Below, piece by piece: positions 1 to 13,510 of a stretch of 64,000 nt of DNA. This stretch comes from Hemiscyllium ocellatum (Eukaryota): NCBI RefSeq assembly GCF_020745735.1, contig NC_083432.1, positions 37,472,533 through 37,536,532 on the forward strand, read 5' to 3'. Position 1 is the stretch's first letter. Every line of letters begins with the position of its first letter. The position numbers and the translations under genes were made by a program. Under the pieces are notes generated by a model. It did no database searches, was not told where the DNA came from, and saw only the letters and a program-made list of their open reading frames with translations.

Positions 1-433
1 GAGAATTACCAAAAGACCAACACATGTAGACAGCTAACTCAAGAGCTCTCTGAGAGGTACCTGTCTGTGGAGAGTCTGTGCCGCAGAACATCAAAACTGA
101 CCTGGAGTGAATCTACAAAGGAGATTTGGCAAAGCTGACTGGTTTTGAAACGTGATTAATTTTTTTGTAAATCGTAATTGGGATGTTTTATTGGACTAGT
201 ATTGTAGAGTAGAAGGTAAAAGTTAGGTTTAAGAGAAAGTGATAAGTAGTTGTTAGTTAATATTCTCTGTTAGACATAAAGAATAAAGTTGTTAACTTTT
301 ACTTTAAATAGTGACTTTTGGGATAGTTCTTTGCCTCTCGAATTTTAACACTTTACACCATGAGATGAATCTTTTCTGTGTGACTGGTTTAAATTAACGG
401 GTGGGGGGGGCAGTTTACCCCATGTTGTAACCA
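1..433 (+). repeat. 5' LTR (start probably outside the window)
   Basis: Similar to 4441-4744; ends CATGTTGTAACCA immediately before the PBS. Confidence 0.85.
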
Positions 434-435
434 TG

Positions 436-460
436 TGGGGGCTCGTCACCAGGATTTGAA
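436..460 (+). other. Primer binding site, tRNA-Pro type
   Basis: TGGGGGCTCGTCaccaGGATTTGAA resembles the complement of the tRNA-Pro 3' end (TGGGGGCTCGTCCGGGATTTGAA). Confidence 0.8.
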
Positions 461-3400
461 CAGTTTGGGTTTCGGATTCGTGCTTTGAATAGGTTTAGAC
501 AGATTTGAATATATTTAGGGTACGAGAAAATCCAGTAGACTTAAACACTTACAGGTTAGTGTCCTAAATCTTAAACAAACTGCCTCACCTATGTTTTATT
601 TAAATTTCAGTGACTTGTGGTTGGTTAAATTAAAAGTGAGAGAAATGGCTCTTAAAATTGCCAAATAGGTTCTGGGATTTGAAGATGATTCTCAAATTTG
701 CCAAGGAAGTTTAGAAGGAAAGAAAAAGGCCATACTTTTAGAATTAGGAAAGAAATTAGTCTTGGATTTAACCAAGGACAAAAGTGAAGCTGAACTTGTA
801 AGGGAATTATTCAAACACTTAGATGTATCAGAGAAACAGACAAGTGCAGTGGGGGTAGAAAAACTTAAATTACAATTGCGAAAAATTATGTTAGGAGATA
901 AAACAAAGGGAGAGAGAAAGAAGAAAGAGAAAGAGAGAGAGGAAAGAGAAAGAGAGAGAGAAGAAAAAGAAGGAGAGAGAGAAGTGCCGGAGGAAAAGGA
1001 GGGAGAGAAATTCCTTACCTAAGCAAAGAGAGAGTGAAGAAGGGGAGAGACAAAAAGAGATAATTTGAACTTGAAAAGTTGTGACTTAGTCAGCAAAGTC
1101 AAGTTAACAGGATGGAGATTAAAAGGGAAGGTAGTGATATTTACAAAGATGTCAATACTCTGCCACCTTTCGAGGAGAAAGATGGTGAAGCCTTCTTTAT
1201 TTCATTTGAAAAATTGACTGGAGAGATGGAGTGGTCTGAGGATTTATGGGCAATGCTAGTTCAGACTAAACTGGGAGGCAGAGCTAGTGAGGTATTTGCC
1301 ACGCTGTCAGATGACGCATCAAGAGATTATGAAGAGGTCTAACAGACTTTTTTAAATGCTTATGAATTGGTTCCAGAAGTGTATACACAGTGGCTCAGAA
1401 CATAAAGAAGGAACAAGGTCAGGCTTATGTTGAGTTTGAAAGAATTAAACAGAGTCATTTTGATAGATGGGTACATGCTTTAAAAACAGACAGGACCTAT
1501 GAGGCTCTAAGAGAGATTATTCTGCTGGAGGAGGTTAAAAACTCACTTCCACAGATGATAAGAATTCACATGGAGGAACAGAAAGTTCAGGAAGTGAAAG
1601 GACAGCAGAATTAGCAGATGAATACATATTGGTGCATAAGACAAGTTTCCGATCAGAATTTTGTCCTGCGAGGAATAGGAGTTGGGAGAAGGCAAGATCC
1701 CACACTATGAAACCATGAGTAGAGAGCACTGGTAAGAGATTACCACAGGTTAAAAAATAAGCCCAAGAGAGTGGAAAGGAAGTAAAAGGCCTCAGGTTTT
1801 TCCACTGTGGTAAAGTGGGACATGTAAAGTCACAGTGCTGGTCGTAAGAGAAAGGCATTGTGGGAAAAGATGTGATAAAAGAAGCTACGCCAGTGGCATT
1901 AGTGAAGATAGTAAAGGAAACCCCAAGAAGAGCCGAGGAGCTGCAGGAGAGTGCACAGCTAGGCAGGGACTGGGTATGGAGTTAGTGCTTGATCTCTATA
2001 AAGCACTCACCTCTGTGGTAAAGTTTACTCAGAAATAACAGGGAAGAAAGATAAGAAGTTATAATTTTGAGAGATACAGGTTCTAACCATTGCTGAAAGT
2101 AGGTGAGGTGCAGATTTGAACTTTTTCTGATCTGTTACCCGAGAGTGTGGTAATTTGTGGGATACATGGACAGAAATTTAGTGTTCCCCTATGTAAGATT
2201 AGGTTGGAGTGCCAATTCAAGATTGGGGAAGTTATAGTGGGATTGACAGAGTGTCAGTTCCAGGAATCCAATTTCCATGTGAATGATTTGGCAGGATCCA
2301 AGATGGGAGTTATACCCTTTATTGAGAAGAAGCCCAAGGAAGACCAAGAAGCTGAGGAGTTAAAACAGAAATATCCTGGTATTTTCCCAGATTGTGTAGT
2401 AACCAGATCCCACTGTCATAAGTCATAGCACGAAACAAAAACTAAAGACAGGAAGTGTTACAGGTCACACCTGAACTACCAGGAGGAGGTCACCTCGGGA
2501 TGCGAAAGATTCAGGCTAAGGTTCAAAAACATTTTTATTGGCCTGGATTGTACAAGGATGTTGTTAACCTTTGCCGTATATGTCATATATGACAAATGAT
2601 AGGTCAGCCACAGCTGGTAATAAAACCAGTACCCTTGTTGCCAATTCTGACATTTGAAGAACCTTTCACGTAGGTTATAATGACTGTGTAGGTCCCCTTC
2701 CGAGAGCTAAAAGTGGGAACCAGTACTTGTTACCCATAATGGATGTGTCTACCAGATTTCTGGAGGCTATTCCATTATGGAGTATCAAGGCAAAAAGTGC
2801 TGTTAGAGGAGTTAGTCAAATTTTACTGCTAGACGTGTTGAAGGAGGTGATGGGTAGCTTAGTTATACAGCACTTTAAATTCAGTGCATATCATCCTGAA
2901 TGCCAAGGAGCTTTAGAAATATGGCATCAGACTTTGAAGACGATGTTGAGAGCATACTGTCAGAATTACCCAAATGATTGGGATAAGGGTATCCCATTCG
3001 TATTGTTTGACATTGGAGATGCCCCACATGAATTGACTCAGTTCACTCCCATCGAGTTAATATTTGGGCATGAAGTGAGAGGCCCTTTAAAATTAATTAA
3101 AGAAAAATTGTCTGGACCAAAGTCAGAGATCTCAGACTTAGATTATGTATCAGAGGTGAGGGAGAGATTGAATCGAGTAGGTGACTTAGCTAAGCAACAC
3201 CTAAAGAAGGCACCATATAGAATGAAGCAGGTGGCAAATAAAAGCTCTGAGACTCGGATGTTTTCCTGAGGGGACGATGTGTTAGTACTGTTCCCAGTGA
3301 TAGGAAATCCCTTCAAAGCCAGGTTTAGTGATCCCTATCAAATTGAGAAAAAGTTGAGTCAGGTGAACTATCTAGTGAAGATGCCAGATAGAAAAAAATG

Positions 3401-4440
3401 GTATCAGGTATGTCATGTGAACATGTTGAAACCATATTATACTAGAGAGAAAGAACTGGAGAAACAGGTGTTAGTTACTGCCCCACAGAGTGAGGAATCA
3501 AATCCAGATGGTGTGGATTTTGATGTGCCTCAAAATAGATGTAAAAATGAAGAAGTCCTGAGGAGTGGGATAGGTTAGTAAACTATCGGTCTTAGGAGCA
3601 TAGAGCGCAGTTGAAAGGTTTGTTACTGCAGTGTAAGGACACATGTGAGAATCAGATGGGGAGGACTAATGCTATCGTACACGAAGTAGACATAGGGAAT
3701 ACCGCTCCAATAAAACAACACTCCTAACGACTTAATCCTTTCAAAGCTACACAAGTCCAGAAGGAGTTGGAGGCCATGCTTGATGAGAACATCATCGAAC
3801 CGAGCCAGAGTGAGTGGAGTTCGACGATTGTCTTAGTCCCCAAATGGATGGGACTCAACAATTCTGCGTGGATTATCAGAAGGTCAACGTCGTTGCAAAA
3901 TCGGACTTATGTCCAATCCTGGGATTGGAGGACTGTATCGAGAAAGTCGGACAAGCCAGTTACATCACCAAGTGGGACTTACTGTGTGGTTACTGGCAGG
4001 TACCTTTATCAGAGACAGTGAAAGAAACTTCTCCATTTGTAACCCCAAATGGGCTATATCAATTTAAATTGATACCCTTTGGAATGAAGAATCCCGCCAC
4101 ATTCCAAAGACTCAAGAACAGTGCTGTGGCAGGATTAACAAACTGTGCAATCTATTTGGATGATGTTGTGATCTTTAGTAAGTCTTGGAAAGATCACATG
4201 GTACAGTTGGCAGAGCTCTTTGAACGGCTGCGAGGAGCAAAACCGGTAATAAACTTAAACAAAACTGAATTCGCAAAAGCAGAGGTGACATTCTTTGGTC
4301 ATGGAAGGTTGACCCCACGGAATGCAAAGACGAAGGCTATCGACGAAATTCCATGACCAACCTCAAAGAAAGAAGTGCTTTGATTTTTAGGGATTAAGTG
4401 GATCCTATCGGAAGCTTGTTGCAAACTTCAGCAGTGTAGT

Positions 4441-4744
4441 GACCTGGAGAGAATCAGCAAAGCTGACTGGTTTTGCAACACGATTAAATTTTTTGTAAAT
4501 CATAATTGGGATTATTTTAAAGGACTAGTATTGTAAAGTAGAAGGAAAAAGATAGGTATAAGAGAAAGAAGTTGTAAATAGTTTTTAGTTAATATTCCCT
4601 GTTAGACTTTAAGAACAAAGTTGTTGATTTTTACTTTAAATTGTGACTTTTGGGAAAGCTCTTTGCCTCTCGAATTTTAACAGATTACAGCACAAGGTGA
4701 ATACTTTCTGTGTGACTGGTTTAAATTAGTTTCATGTCGTAACA
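4441..4744 (+). repeat. 3' LTR, 5'-truncated
   Basis: GACCTGGAG...AAGCTGACTGGTTTTG...CATGTCGTAACA matches 98-433. Confidence 0.85.
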
Positions 4745-5719
4745 TGATTTAAATGCATAACCTTCTCAGTCAGATGAGATGATGCTATCACTGAACTAAG
4801 GCAGGTGAACTGACTATGTGTGTTGTGTTTTATTCAAAATACTCTAATTTCCACCTAATAACTTATTTTACAAATGTGAAATTTCATGATAATTTAGATG
4901 TTGTAAATATAATGTAAGTTTAACTTTCTGCTTAAATAAGTAATTTGATTATAATATCAGACTGTTAATTCCAGATGAGTTTCCTTTCATCTGAGATCTA
5001 ATGAGAACGAATATTACAAGCTCATTTTCTCCACCAAGCCAATGACTTCTTCCGTACAATTGACTTCATCAGAAAACTGATGACTTTCTTCCATTCTAGA
5101 GTAAATCTTTGACTTACTGGCAATATTTCTAAGAATACTGAATTGTAATTTGCAGATAAAAAGTTACCAACTTCCCACTCTGAGTCATCTTGGCATTTGC
5201 CAGATTCAAACACGTTTTCAGCATTGTTTTCAATGGAGAATTTGACATCTGTTCACAGGGGCTTTAAGTGGTTCGCAAGTGCTTCATAGAGTTTTAAAAA
5301 GCCTGCCATACAAGTTTTTATAGGAAAGAATGTGACCTCCTGCGCCCAATAGAGGGAGGAGAAGCTTTATCCACGACCTTTGTAGTTTTGCTGGCTGGTT
5401 TATTCATTACATGTAACATGCCATTTACATGTTTGTTTCTTTTTCATTCTTTCAAGGATGTAGGCATTGCTGTCTAAGCCAGCAGTCTTTGCTCATCTCT
5501 AACTGCTCTTGTGAAGTGTTGTTGAACAGCCTATTTGAACCATTGCAGATCTTGTGATAATACCATTGAAGGAGTCTCAGGATTTTGACCCAGCTGTTCC
5601 CATTAGTATACTGCTCTTGTCTAGGTTAAAGAGGCCAATTGCTTGAAAGGGGCTGTTTGAAAGATCCTTGGTAGGTTACCGCAGTGTGTCCTGTACATGG
5701 TACACACTGCTATTCCTAC

Positions 5720-6032
5720 ACACAGAATCCCTATAGTGTAGAAGCAAGCCCATTAACTCCACGCCAACCCACTGAAGAGTATCCTTCCTCCCACCCCTGT
5801 AAGCCTGCAGGTCTCATGGCTAACCACCACCCCCCTAGCCTGCACATCCTTGGATACTATGCGCATATTAGTATGGGCAGTCCACCTATTTGGACTGCAG
5901 GAGGAAACCAGAGCACCCGGAGGGCACCCACACAGACAAATGGAGAACGTGCAAACTCCCCACTGGAATTGAACCGATAGTCCCTAGTGCTGTAAGACAG
6001 CAGTGCTAACCACTGAGCCATTGTGCTGCCCA
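5720..6032 (-). mobile_element. HE1-like tRNA-derived SINE, degenerate
   Basis: Shares CAGCAGTGCTAACCACTGAGCC and GGAGAACGTGCAAACTCC with the copy at 24739-25052. Confidence 0.75.
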
Positions 6033-6349
6033 ACACCACATACCCCACACCTTTTGAGAACTCGTTCAGTACAATCAGCAAGTGATGCACCAAACTAGTC
6101 AGATTACTACCGTCAATCATATTCAGGTTAAAGGTACTATGAATAATACAATCGTTCTGTGGGGACAGTATTTAAGGAGTTTCTAATAGGAGCTGACTCC
6201 AATTGAATGGCCTTCAGTCTAGGTGCTTCGTAAGACATTCAATACCTTAGTGCTCCCTGTCCTATAGAGTCAACAAAACATTTGAATCTGAAATTTGGTC
6301 CATTCATTTAAGAGGTTAGTTGAGATTGAATAAGATACCAAAATGAGAC

Positions 6350-7027
6350 TACCACCCTATCCTCATGGTTCAAGTGGATGTTAAAGATCCTTACAGCACG
6401 TCTGTACAGCAGGAACTACGACCAGAACAGCACTGTACATATTTACATCGCATTGACTGCAGCCATTGAAGAAGGTGGCTCATTATCATTAGGAATGGAG
6501 ATAAATGACCTTGCCCATGCCATTCTTTGATTTGATTTGATCTGATTTATGACTGTCACATATACTGACATACAGTGAAAAGTTTTGTCTTATGTGCTTT
6601 ACAGGCAGATTGTACTATACAAGTACATCAGAGTAACCGAACAGCGTACAGTGATAGAGTGTTACAGCTGCTGAGAAGGTGCAGAGAGAGACCAACATTA
6701 ACATTAAAAGCGCAAGTGAATTTAAAAGGACACAGCTGGTGATCCACAGATCAACATTCTTTTTCCAACTGACATCAGCACAAAACAAATTTACTGAGTG
6801 TTCATGTCATTGCTGTTTATGAGCTGTGAGTCTGGAGTGATTGTGACATTTGTCCGCATATCCAGTTTTGTACATCAACAGTAAATCATTATGCAAAATG
6901 CTGTGGCAAATTGCTGCATGTCTTACATTACCATAGTTACTACACTACAAAAGTGATTCTTTTACTGTAAAGTACTTTGGAATATCCTGAGGTTGTGAAT
7001 GATGTGTTTCTTCATAAATGCAAGTTT
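6350..7027 (+). mobile_element. Probable DeuSINE (SacSINE/AmnSINE-like) remnant, interrupted by other repeats
   Basis: GTGGATGTTAAAGATCC and the tail TTACATTAC...ACTACACT...CTGTAAAGTACTTTGG...ATAAATGCAAG resemble the Deu-domain SINE consensus as I recall it. Confidence 0.45.
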
Positions 7028-7742
7028 TTGCTGCCATGCGTTTTTCAAACACATTTCCCCTCAAAAACCTGCAATAACTGACCATAGGTTAAGTGCAACA
7101 AGCCTCATTACAGTTGAGATATACTGGCACATTAAATTGGCTTCTATTTCCATCGCATTATTCGAGATAGTAAATGCCAGCTTAGCCAGCGACGCCTACA
7201 TCCCATGAACAAATAAAGGCAACAGTGTGGCAATTACTGCATGATGAGCACATAGGATTTGTTTCAGAGTTTAAAACCTGCCTGATTAATATATATTCAG
7301 CAACAAACAGCCCAACTAACAATTATCTACTGTTGACTTGATTACAAAGTGTAGAATAAGTTTGAAACCTTCTCTTTTTCTGTCTTTGATCACATCTTTG
7401 GCCGCTTCCTGATTCTGTGCACTCAATTTAGCTCTAGTGTTGCTCCCAGTGTGCTCTTTATGTTGTCTCACGTGCATGAAAATAAATACATTGTAAATAG
7501 AAAGAGAAATTTTTAAAAATATGAAATAACAGCAGAACTTGAGAGATGAGGGAGTGCTGCTGATGTAGTGTTTTCACTTGGATTGTTATTGATGCAAAAG
7601 TGGTGTACTGTTCTTAAGCAGGAACCCATTCACCACAAACCAAAGAAACATGTTCATTCATTGTGCCTTTATTGAGTCACCAGCGAGTTTGGGGAGTTTG
7701 TCATTCCGAGGTAGCATTTTGGCCGATCCGGATCAACTTAGA

Positions 7743-7980
7743 GTTAGAGTCATAGAGATGTACAGCACGGAAACAGAGCCTTTTGTCCAACCCGTCCATG
7801 CCGACCAGATATCCCAACACAATCTAGTCCCACCTGCCAGTACCCGGCCCATATCCCTCCAAACCCTTCCTATTCATCTACCCATCCAAATACCTTTTAA
7901 ATGTTGCAATTGTACCAGCCTCCACCACTTCCTGTGGCAGCTCATTCCATACACATATCACACTCTGTGTGAAAAAGTTG
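7743..7980 (-). mobile_element. CR1-clade LINE 3' end fragment
   Basis: Tail AGAGTCATAGAG...; same sequence recurs at 59378-59665 and 63390-63675. Confidence 0.75.
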
Positions 7981-8351
7981 ATTAGCACTTACTTGTCTTG
8001 TAGTATAAATTCTTGTGATTAGCTGAAATTTGACAATCTTGTATTTATCCTGATGAATGCTGGATGAAAAGTTTCCACAACTTGTTTCCCTTTTCAGTAA
8101 CATTCATGATGTTGTTTATCAGGAACTACAGACTAACCATTATGTGGAAAGTTTATGGTTACTTTTTGCAGGATTTCATTTCTAAATATTGAATGTATAA
8201 ACCCTGCAGGTTTGTAATCTGAAGTACCTTTTAGCAGGTTATAAGTTAGCTATTCACATGTTATTGTGCACGTTTGGAAAAAGTGAAACTGGAACCCAGG
8301 TCCTCCTGACTCAGAGGGAAGTAGTTGTATTGTCCTTACCACTGTGTGACA

Positions 8352-8660
8352 TGATTAGATTAAATTCCCTACAGTATGGAAACAGGCCCTTTGGCCCAAC
8401 AAGTCCACACCGACCCTCCAGAGAGTAACCCACCCAGACACGTTCCCCATATTTACCCCTGACTAATGCACCTAACACGCTGGGCAATTTAACATGGCCA
8501 ATTCACCCAGCCTGCACATTTTTGGATTGTGGGAGGAAACCAGAGCAAACCCACAATGACATGGGGAGAATGTGCAAACTCCACACAGATAGCTGGAATC
8601 CAACTCAGGTCCCTGGTGCTTGAAGGCAGCAGTGCTAACCACTGAGCCACCATGCCTCCC
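8352..8660 (-). mobile_element. HE1-like SINE
   Basis: tRNA-like head and GATTAGATTA tail; matches the other copies. Confidence 0.85.
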
Positions 8661-9724
8661 CATACATACAGTACATTCTTCTATAATGTGAATTGGCTAT
8701 CACATAATTGAAGAATTTAGAACATTATTTGTAGAACGTGAATTTTTCTTTCCTGTATTGGCTATAACACGATTCCAGACCCATTAGTTTAAATGGTGCT
8801 GCGATTACACCTTTTTCTTATAATGTGAGGTCACACGAAAATGGAACTATCACATTATATCAGATCGGACTGTACTGCAATAGTTAAGCATTGAATGTGG
8901 GCTAACTGTTTGGAAAGCAGCTACGTTTACCATAATGCCACCATTACAAGCCCTTTAAAACTTAAGACCAGATCATTGGATGAACTGAAAGGAAAAGCAT
9001 TCTTTTCTTCTTGCAGTGGTTTCAGATGTTTGGGGTAGACGTGTTGCTACAAGGAGTTGTTACCTTCCCCACCTTTAATTTGATATGGCACAAGAAATGC
9101 AGTATGAATGATACCATCATGTTAATAGTTATACAAGGCAAAGTTCATCAGTCTCTGCATTTTTCTGGGTCTGAAACAGCAGTTTCTTCTTCACTGCATT
9201 CTCCAGTGATCTACAATCCAGCTGCAGTCTCACCACCCAAGACTTTAAGTCTCATCTGATGTTTGGTGAATATTCTGACTATTTCTTATGGTACCCCCTG
9301 ACTAAGTGTAAAACTGCAGGTTGAGAAAAATATCAGCCATCTGTAGAGCAAAGATTGTCACCTGAGATGTACAAAGTCAGGAACTGCAACTTCATTTTAA
9401 TGTTAGTAGCTGCAAAAGTTTGTGACCCTGCTCGGCACATAGAAGAATGTTTAGCTATGTGCACCCCTTAATTTAGCATTTTGTGGATATAATTTATATT
9501 AGCTAAATTGTACAATCTACACATCTTAAGGCTAAAGAGATAGGGCATATTTCCCAGACATCATGTATGACTGTGTACAGTTTTGATTCTTTCCAGGAAT
9601 AAAGGGGTTGGCATCTTGAGGAAAAGTTAAGCAGGTCGGCCCTGTACTTAGTGAAGTTTAGGAAAATGAGGGGTGACCTTTTTGAAACATCTAAGAGTCA
9701 AATAGGCTTGATAGGGAAGGTACA

Positions 9725-10019
9725 GTGGCACGGTGGCACAGTGGTTAGCACAACTGTCTCACAGCGCCAGAGACCCGGGTTCAATTCCCTACCTCATGCG
9801 ACTGACCGTGTGGAGTTTGCACATTCTTCCTGTGTCTGCGTGGGTTCCCTCCAGGTGCTCCGGTTTCCTCCCACAGTCCAAAAGTGTGCAGGTTAGGTGA
9901 ATTGACCATGCTAAATTGCTGTAGTGTTAGGTGAAGGGGTAAATGTAGGAGAATTACAGGTTGGTGTGGACCTTGTTGGGCCGAAGAGCCTGTTTCCACA
10001 CTGTAAGAAATCTAATCTA
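9725..10019 (+). mobile_element. HE1-like SINE inserted in an old CR1 fragment (about 9600-10300)
   Basis: A box TGGCACAGTGG, B box GGTTCAATTCC, TCTAATCTA tail; CR1 remnants (RGDLFET) flank it. Confidence 0.85.
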
Positions 10020-11074
10020 GTTATCACAGGGGAATCTGGAGCTACAAGACGCTGTTTAAAAATAAAGGGTCTCAGATTTAATATGGAGGTAACGTTTTTT
10101 TTGTAAGGCCATTAATCTCTAGAAGTATCTTCTCCAGAGAATTGTGGAAAATGGATCATTGTATTTATTTAAGATTATATTGGACTGATTTTTGGTCAGT
10201 AAGGGAATCAAGGTTTATGGTTGGGTCGGATAGGGAAGTGAATTTAAAGACACAAACAGATTTTATTCAATGGCAGAATAAGGACAATGGACTGAATGCC
10301 ATAATCCTTCTCTTTTTTTTTAATGAGCTTCCTTATTTAATGGAGTTTAATTCTTGATGCACATCACATAAGTTGAACCCGGAGTAAATTGTTTTGCGTT
10401 ATCTATATTGTAATAATTGACAATATAATGATTGAATCAAAGTTGATTCTTTTATCGAGCTATATTGATACCCAATCTGGCCAATCTTACAACTTTGAGA
10501 TTCCCATTGTTATTTTCAAGCCTTGTGTGGTCTCATCCCTTCTATTCTTGGTAACCTCATATTCATACAATCCATGTTCTTGTTTGGTTCAAACCTCTTG
10601 CAAATCCCCAGTTTAATCACTCCACTACTTGTTGCAGTGCCTTCATCTGCTTGGTACTAGTGTCCTGAAACTCTCTGTTCCTTTCCCTCTCTCCTTAAAA
10701 TACATGTTAACATCTACCTGGATTGATCAGCTTTTTGGCCACCTCTCTTAAATAAGAAATTTTGTTTGATAATGCTTCTGTGACACGCCTTGAGATATTT
10801 TGCTGTGTTCATTAATTCTTTATTAAATTTCATTATCAAATTTCAAGTCATTTTATCATATTTTTGTTTCTCTTTCTTTCAGTTACTTGATTACTTTGTG
10901 ACTTTTTGCTAGGAATAGGGTGAAGATTTATGAAGCAATTTACTGCAAACATAAAACAATTAATTTCAAAAAATAAAACAATGAAGGAAATGATGAAAAA
11001 TATTGAATTGAATATTTTTGTTATCCACAGGTTATTAGATTATTATATCTGTTCTAATTGTTTCCATTCATTTA

Positions 11075-12010
11075 GGCGTGGCATGGTGGCTCAGTGGTTA
11101 CCACCACTGCCTCATAGTGCCAAGGACCTGGGTTTGTTTCCACCTTTGTAACTGTCTGTGTGGAGTTTGTACATTCTCCTCATGTCTACATGGGTTTTCT
11201 CTTGTTTCCTCCCACAGTCCAAATACATGCAGGTCAGGTGGATTGGCCATGCTAAGCGAGTTTTGAGAAATTGAAGTTCTGGAAGGTTCATTTCCAGATG
11301 TTGCATCACCCTACTAGATAACATCTTCAGTGGACCTCTGGGTGAAGCACTGTTCATCATTCCTGCTTTCTATGTATGTGTTTGGGTTTCTTTGGGTTGG
11401 TGATGTCATTTCCTGTGGTGATGTCTTTTCCTGTTCTTTTTCTCAAGGGGTGGTAGATGGGGTCTAACTCAATGTGTTTGTTGATAGAGTTCCAGGTGGA
11501 ATGCCATGCTTCTAGGAATTCTTATGCATGTCTCTTATTGGCTTGTCCTAGGATGAATATGTTGTCCCAGTCGAAGTGGTGTCCTTCTTTATCTGTTTAT
11601 AAGGATACCAGTGAGAGAGGGTCATGTCGTTTTGTGTCTAGTTGATGTTCATTGATCCCGGTAGCTCGTTTTCTGCCTGTATGTCTAATGTAGTGCTTGT
11701 TACAGTCCTTGCACAGTATTTTGTAAATGACATTAGTTTTGCCTGTTGCCTGTATAGGATCTTTCAAGTTCATTAGCTGCTGTTTTAGTGTGTTGGTAGG
11801 TTTGTGAGCTACCAAGATGCCAAGGGGTTATGCCATGTTAAATTGCCCATAGTGTGCAGCGATATGTAGGTCAGCTGGGTTAGCCATGGGAAAATGCGGG
11901 GTTACAGGTTTGGGATAGTTGCGTGGGTCTGGGTGGGATGCTCTTCAGAGGATCAGTATGTAGACTTGATGGGACAAAAGGCCTACTTCCACACTGTAGG
12001 GATTCTATGA
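11075..12010 (+). mobile_element. HE1-like SINE split by a Penelope fragment
   Basis: SINE head 11075-11255 resumes at 11832; GCCATGCTAA / GCCATGTTAA duplicated at the junctions. Confidence 0.8.
11256..11831 (-). mobile_element. Penelope-like element 3' fragment (GIY-YIG endonuclease)
   Basis: ORF 11597-11815 NVIYKILCKDCNKHYIRHTGR; 10-bp TSD-like repeat. Confidence 0.85.
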
Positions 12011-12278
12011 TTTCTGCTGTTCCCATAAGAAACATTAACTTTGAATTGGAAAGTATCTGCTGGATCAGAGGTGGTGCTATTTGGAATGGTTCAAAGAGCT
12101 CTTTATAGCACAAAAAGAAGCCATTTGGCACATCAAGGCTGCTGCGCCCTCTGAATGATCAATTCACCTAATACTATTCCCCAGTCTTCTCTTTCACTTT
12201 GCTTTCTGATAAGAATCACAATATCACTTTATAATCTCCTTAACATTAAAACTAATGGATGCAGAATACACACTTATC

Positions 12279-12620
12279 ATTCATTCACAGCTGGCAGTGC
12301 CAGGATGGAGCTTGAACCTTTAACCGACCGTCCTGTGACAAACAGCAGTACAACACTGGCATCTGCCAGCAACTGGAATTCTCTTTACAATGTTCATATT
12401 TGTAACTTGAAGGTTTGCTACTTTCCTTCTTGTATTTTCTTTTCATCAGTATTTTTCTTTGAAATACGTTTAACTTCAGTTCTTCTGGGAAGAATCGTCA
12501 CTAGAGAAAAACCAACCATCTCCGGCCTTATTTTCCAATTGCCTTTTATGTTCTTCATTACAATCAGGACTCATGTCCTGATTTCCTTGGTCTCTGTTCC
12601 AAAACTGTGTTTTAATAAAG
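12279..12620 (-). pseudogene. Ancient, degraded hsp30 pseudogene
   Basis: Minus strand has TACAAATATGAA...GAGAATTCCAGTTGC...TGCTGTTTGTCACAGGACGGTCGGTTAAAGGTTCAAGC...CTGGCACTGCCAGCTGTGAATGA, as in the intact genes. HKRQLENKAGDG aligns with GKRQSEDKDGDG. Frameshifted. Confidence 0.85.
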
Positions 12621-13024
12621 ACAAATTTAAAATGCACTTTAGAATAATGAGTTTGATGCCAAAATATAGGAAGAAATAAAGACAGTGAAAGAAGGATTGA
12701 GAGAGAAAATGTTTTAAAACAAAGCACTGATTTAAAAGAAATCGAACAACCTGGCAAACCTGAAAGAATGAGATTGCAAACCTTCAATAGTTAATTTCCA
12801 GTCCCATATAGGTTAAGTAGCAGTAATGAATTATTAACATTCTTAGATTTGGAATGAAATGACTTCACATTGTATTGGTGGCTTTACTTTGTATTGACTG
12901 TGCAAGCACAGGAACTGGACACTGCCTGATGTTTCTGAATGGAGAGCCAGATAACAAGCTGCTGCTTCCCAAGGCTCAGCTTGGACAGCGACTTCTCAAT
13001 TTCCACATTTAATTGTGCATCACA

Positions 13025-13510
13025 TAGAGTCATAGAGGTGTACAGCATGGAAACAGGCCCTTCGGCCCAAATTGCACATGCTGCCCAGTTTTAACAATTT
13101 AAACTAGTTTCATTTGCCTGCATTTGGTCAATTTCCCATCATGTACCTGTCCAAATGTTTCTGAAATGACAAAATTGTATTTGCTTTCACCACTACTTCT
13201 GGCAGCCTGTTGCAGACACTCACCACCTTTTGTGTACTCCCCTCTCACCTTAAACCTGTGACCTCTAGTTTTCAATTCCCTTGCCATGGGGTAAAGCTGA
13301 TGGCTATCCATTTTATCTGTGCTTTTCATGATTATATAGACCTCTATAAGGTCACCTCTTAGTCTCCTACGCTGCAGAGAAAAAAAGTCCCAGCCTATCC
13401 AACCTCCCCTATAACTCAAGCCTTCTAGTCCAGGTAGCATCCTAGTAAATCTTCTCTGACATCTTTTTAGTTTAATAAAATACTTTTTTATAATAGGGTG
13501 GCCAGAACTG
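13025..13510 (-). mobile_element. CR1-clade LINE 3' fragment
   Basis: QRRFTRMLPGLEGLSY...RRRLRGDLIEVY...TRGHRFKV. Confidence 0.85.

Larger units (their letters stand above)
1..4744 (+). mobile_element. Decayed Gypsy LTR retrotransposon, Gmr1-like domain order (gag-PR-IN-RT); RNase H and PPT missing
   Basis: LTR-like direct repeats (about 98-433 and 4441-4744). Gag fragments 1112-1614, zinc knuckle remnant HCGKVGHVKSQC near 1803-1838, protease ILRDTGS near 2064. Integrase FYWPGL and SAYHPECQGALE at about 2480-3270 precedes RT with YLDD (3767-4356). Many stops and frameshifts. Confidence 0.9.

Noticed and set aside
12155-12679. 174-aa plus-strand ORF
   Set aside because: Antisense to the degraded hsp30 pseudogene, with no domain signal.
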